Source: Euryarchaeota archaeon UBA91
Lineage (GTDB): Archaea > Thermoplasmatota > Poseidoniia > Poseidoniales > Poseidoniaceae
DNA: 51,939 nt
Direction: 5' to 3'
Assembly (NCBI GenBank): GCA_002499705.1
Contig: DAMU01000056.1
Location: 1 to 51,939 of the forward strand
The notes under the pieces were generated by a model that saw only the letters and a list, made by a program, of their open reading frames with translations, was not told the origin of the DNA and did no database searches. Positions 51,646 through 51,939 of this stretch are shown here, piece after piece. Made by a program: the position numbers and the translations under genes. Within the stretch, counting starts at the first letter, position 1, and each line of letters opens with the position of its first letter.

Positions 51646-51939
51646 ATGGCACACCCGCCCTTCCCATGCTTTTCTTGGCGTTCAGGCGATTCCTTCGATG
51701 CGAAGAAGTTGCTTCAATCGTTCCTTGATTTGCGTCCAAATTCCCAGTGGGTCATGGTTGGTGAAGGATGTATTCAATCAGAACTCCAGTTGTGGACTGC
51801 TTGGAATTGCGCTTCTCGTAGATGGATCCGTTCAACCGCCTTAGCTCGCTCATTGGATGCGGAGTTTTTACGATACCTTTGCGGGACTCATCACGTTTCT
51901 GAAGCATTCAAGAGAGCAGGTATTCGAGAGGGCGATAAA
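51646..51939 (+). CDS. cgi121: KEOPS complex subunit Cgi121, truncated by the window end
   Basis: Open frame from ATG 51646 to the end, absent from the ORF track: MAHPPF...LARSLDAEFLRYLCGTHHVSEAFKRAGIREGDK matches the Cgi121 A+SL..E.L.Y..G...I..A....G pattern; follows hel308. Confidence 0.7.
   Translation, partial: MAHPPFPCFSWRSGDSFDAKKLLQSFLDLRPNSQWVMVGEGCIQSELQLWTAWNCASRRWIRSTALARSLDAEFLRYLCGTHHVSEAFKRAGIREGDK

Noticed and set aside
51617..51844. 75-aa ORF after hel308, and the many short antisense or nested ORFs in the track (e.g. 39105-39755, 27017-27520, 37591-38043)
   Set aside because: They are shadow ORFs overlapping well-supported genes and have no recognisable motifs.
51860..51900. 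Hammerhead-like GTGATGAGTCCCGCAAAGG on the minus strand
   Set aside because: The core lacks CUGAUGA and a correctly placed GAAA, and it lies antisense within cgi121.

Overview
Gene-dense, mostly housekeeping stretch of an archaeal chromosome. The best fit is Marine Group II Euryarchaeota (Ca. Poseidoniales, Thermoplasmatota); this is inferred from gene content, not from a database search. Archaeal informational genes (aIF2-gamma, S6e, Cdc6/Orc1, Dph2, Hel308, Cgi121) sit beside bacterial-type gyrB-gyrA, a class II HMG-CoA reductase and a class II CCA-adding enzyme, plus several peptidases and a large PKD surface protease. About 40 CDSs are supported. No rRNA, tRNA, CRISPR array, transposase or integrase was seen. 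The most interesting unexplained signals are: (1) an AT-rich array of TTAACG/CGTTAA motifs directly upstream of an operon encoding a catalytically degenerate Cdc6/Orc1-like AAA+ protein with a long acidic linker and winged helix, a beta-propeller protein and DUF357, lying between smc-scpA-scpB and cdc6; (2) a ~175-bp nested inverted repeat around the probable gyrBA promoter; (3) a ~90-aa insertion in Hel308 carrying tandem BRC/RadA-like FxxAS motifs; (4) a GcvH-fold protein lacking the lipoyl lysine; (5) a membrane-anchored Smr-like domain. All calls come from motif recognition by eye. Several start codons were moved downstream of the ORF-track starts.
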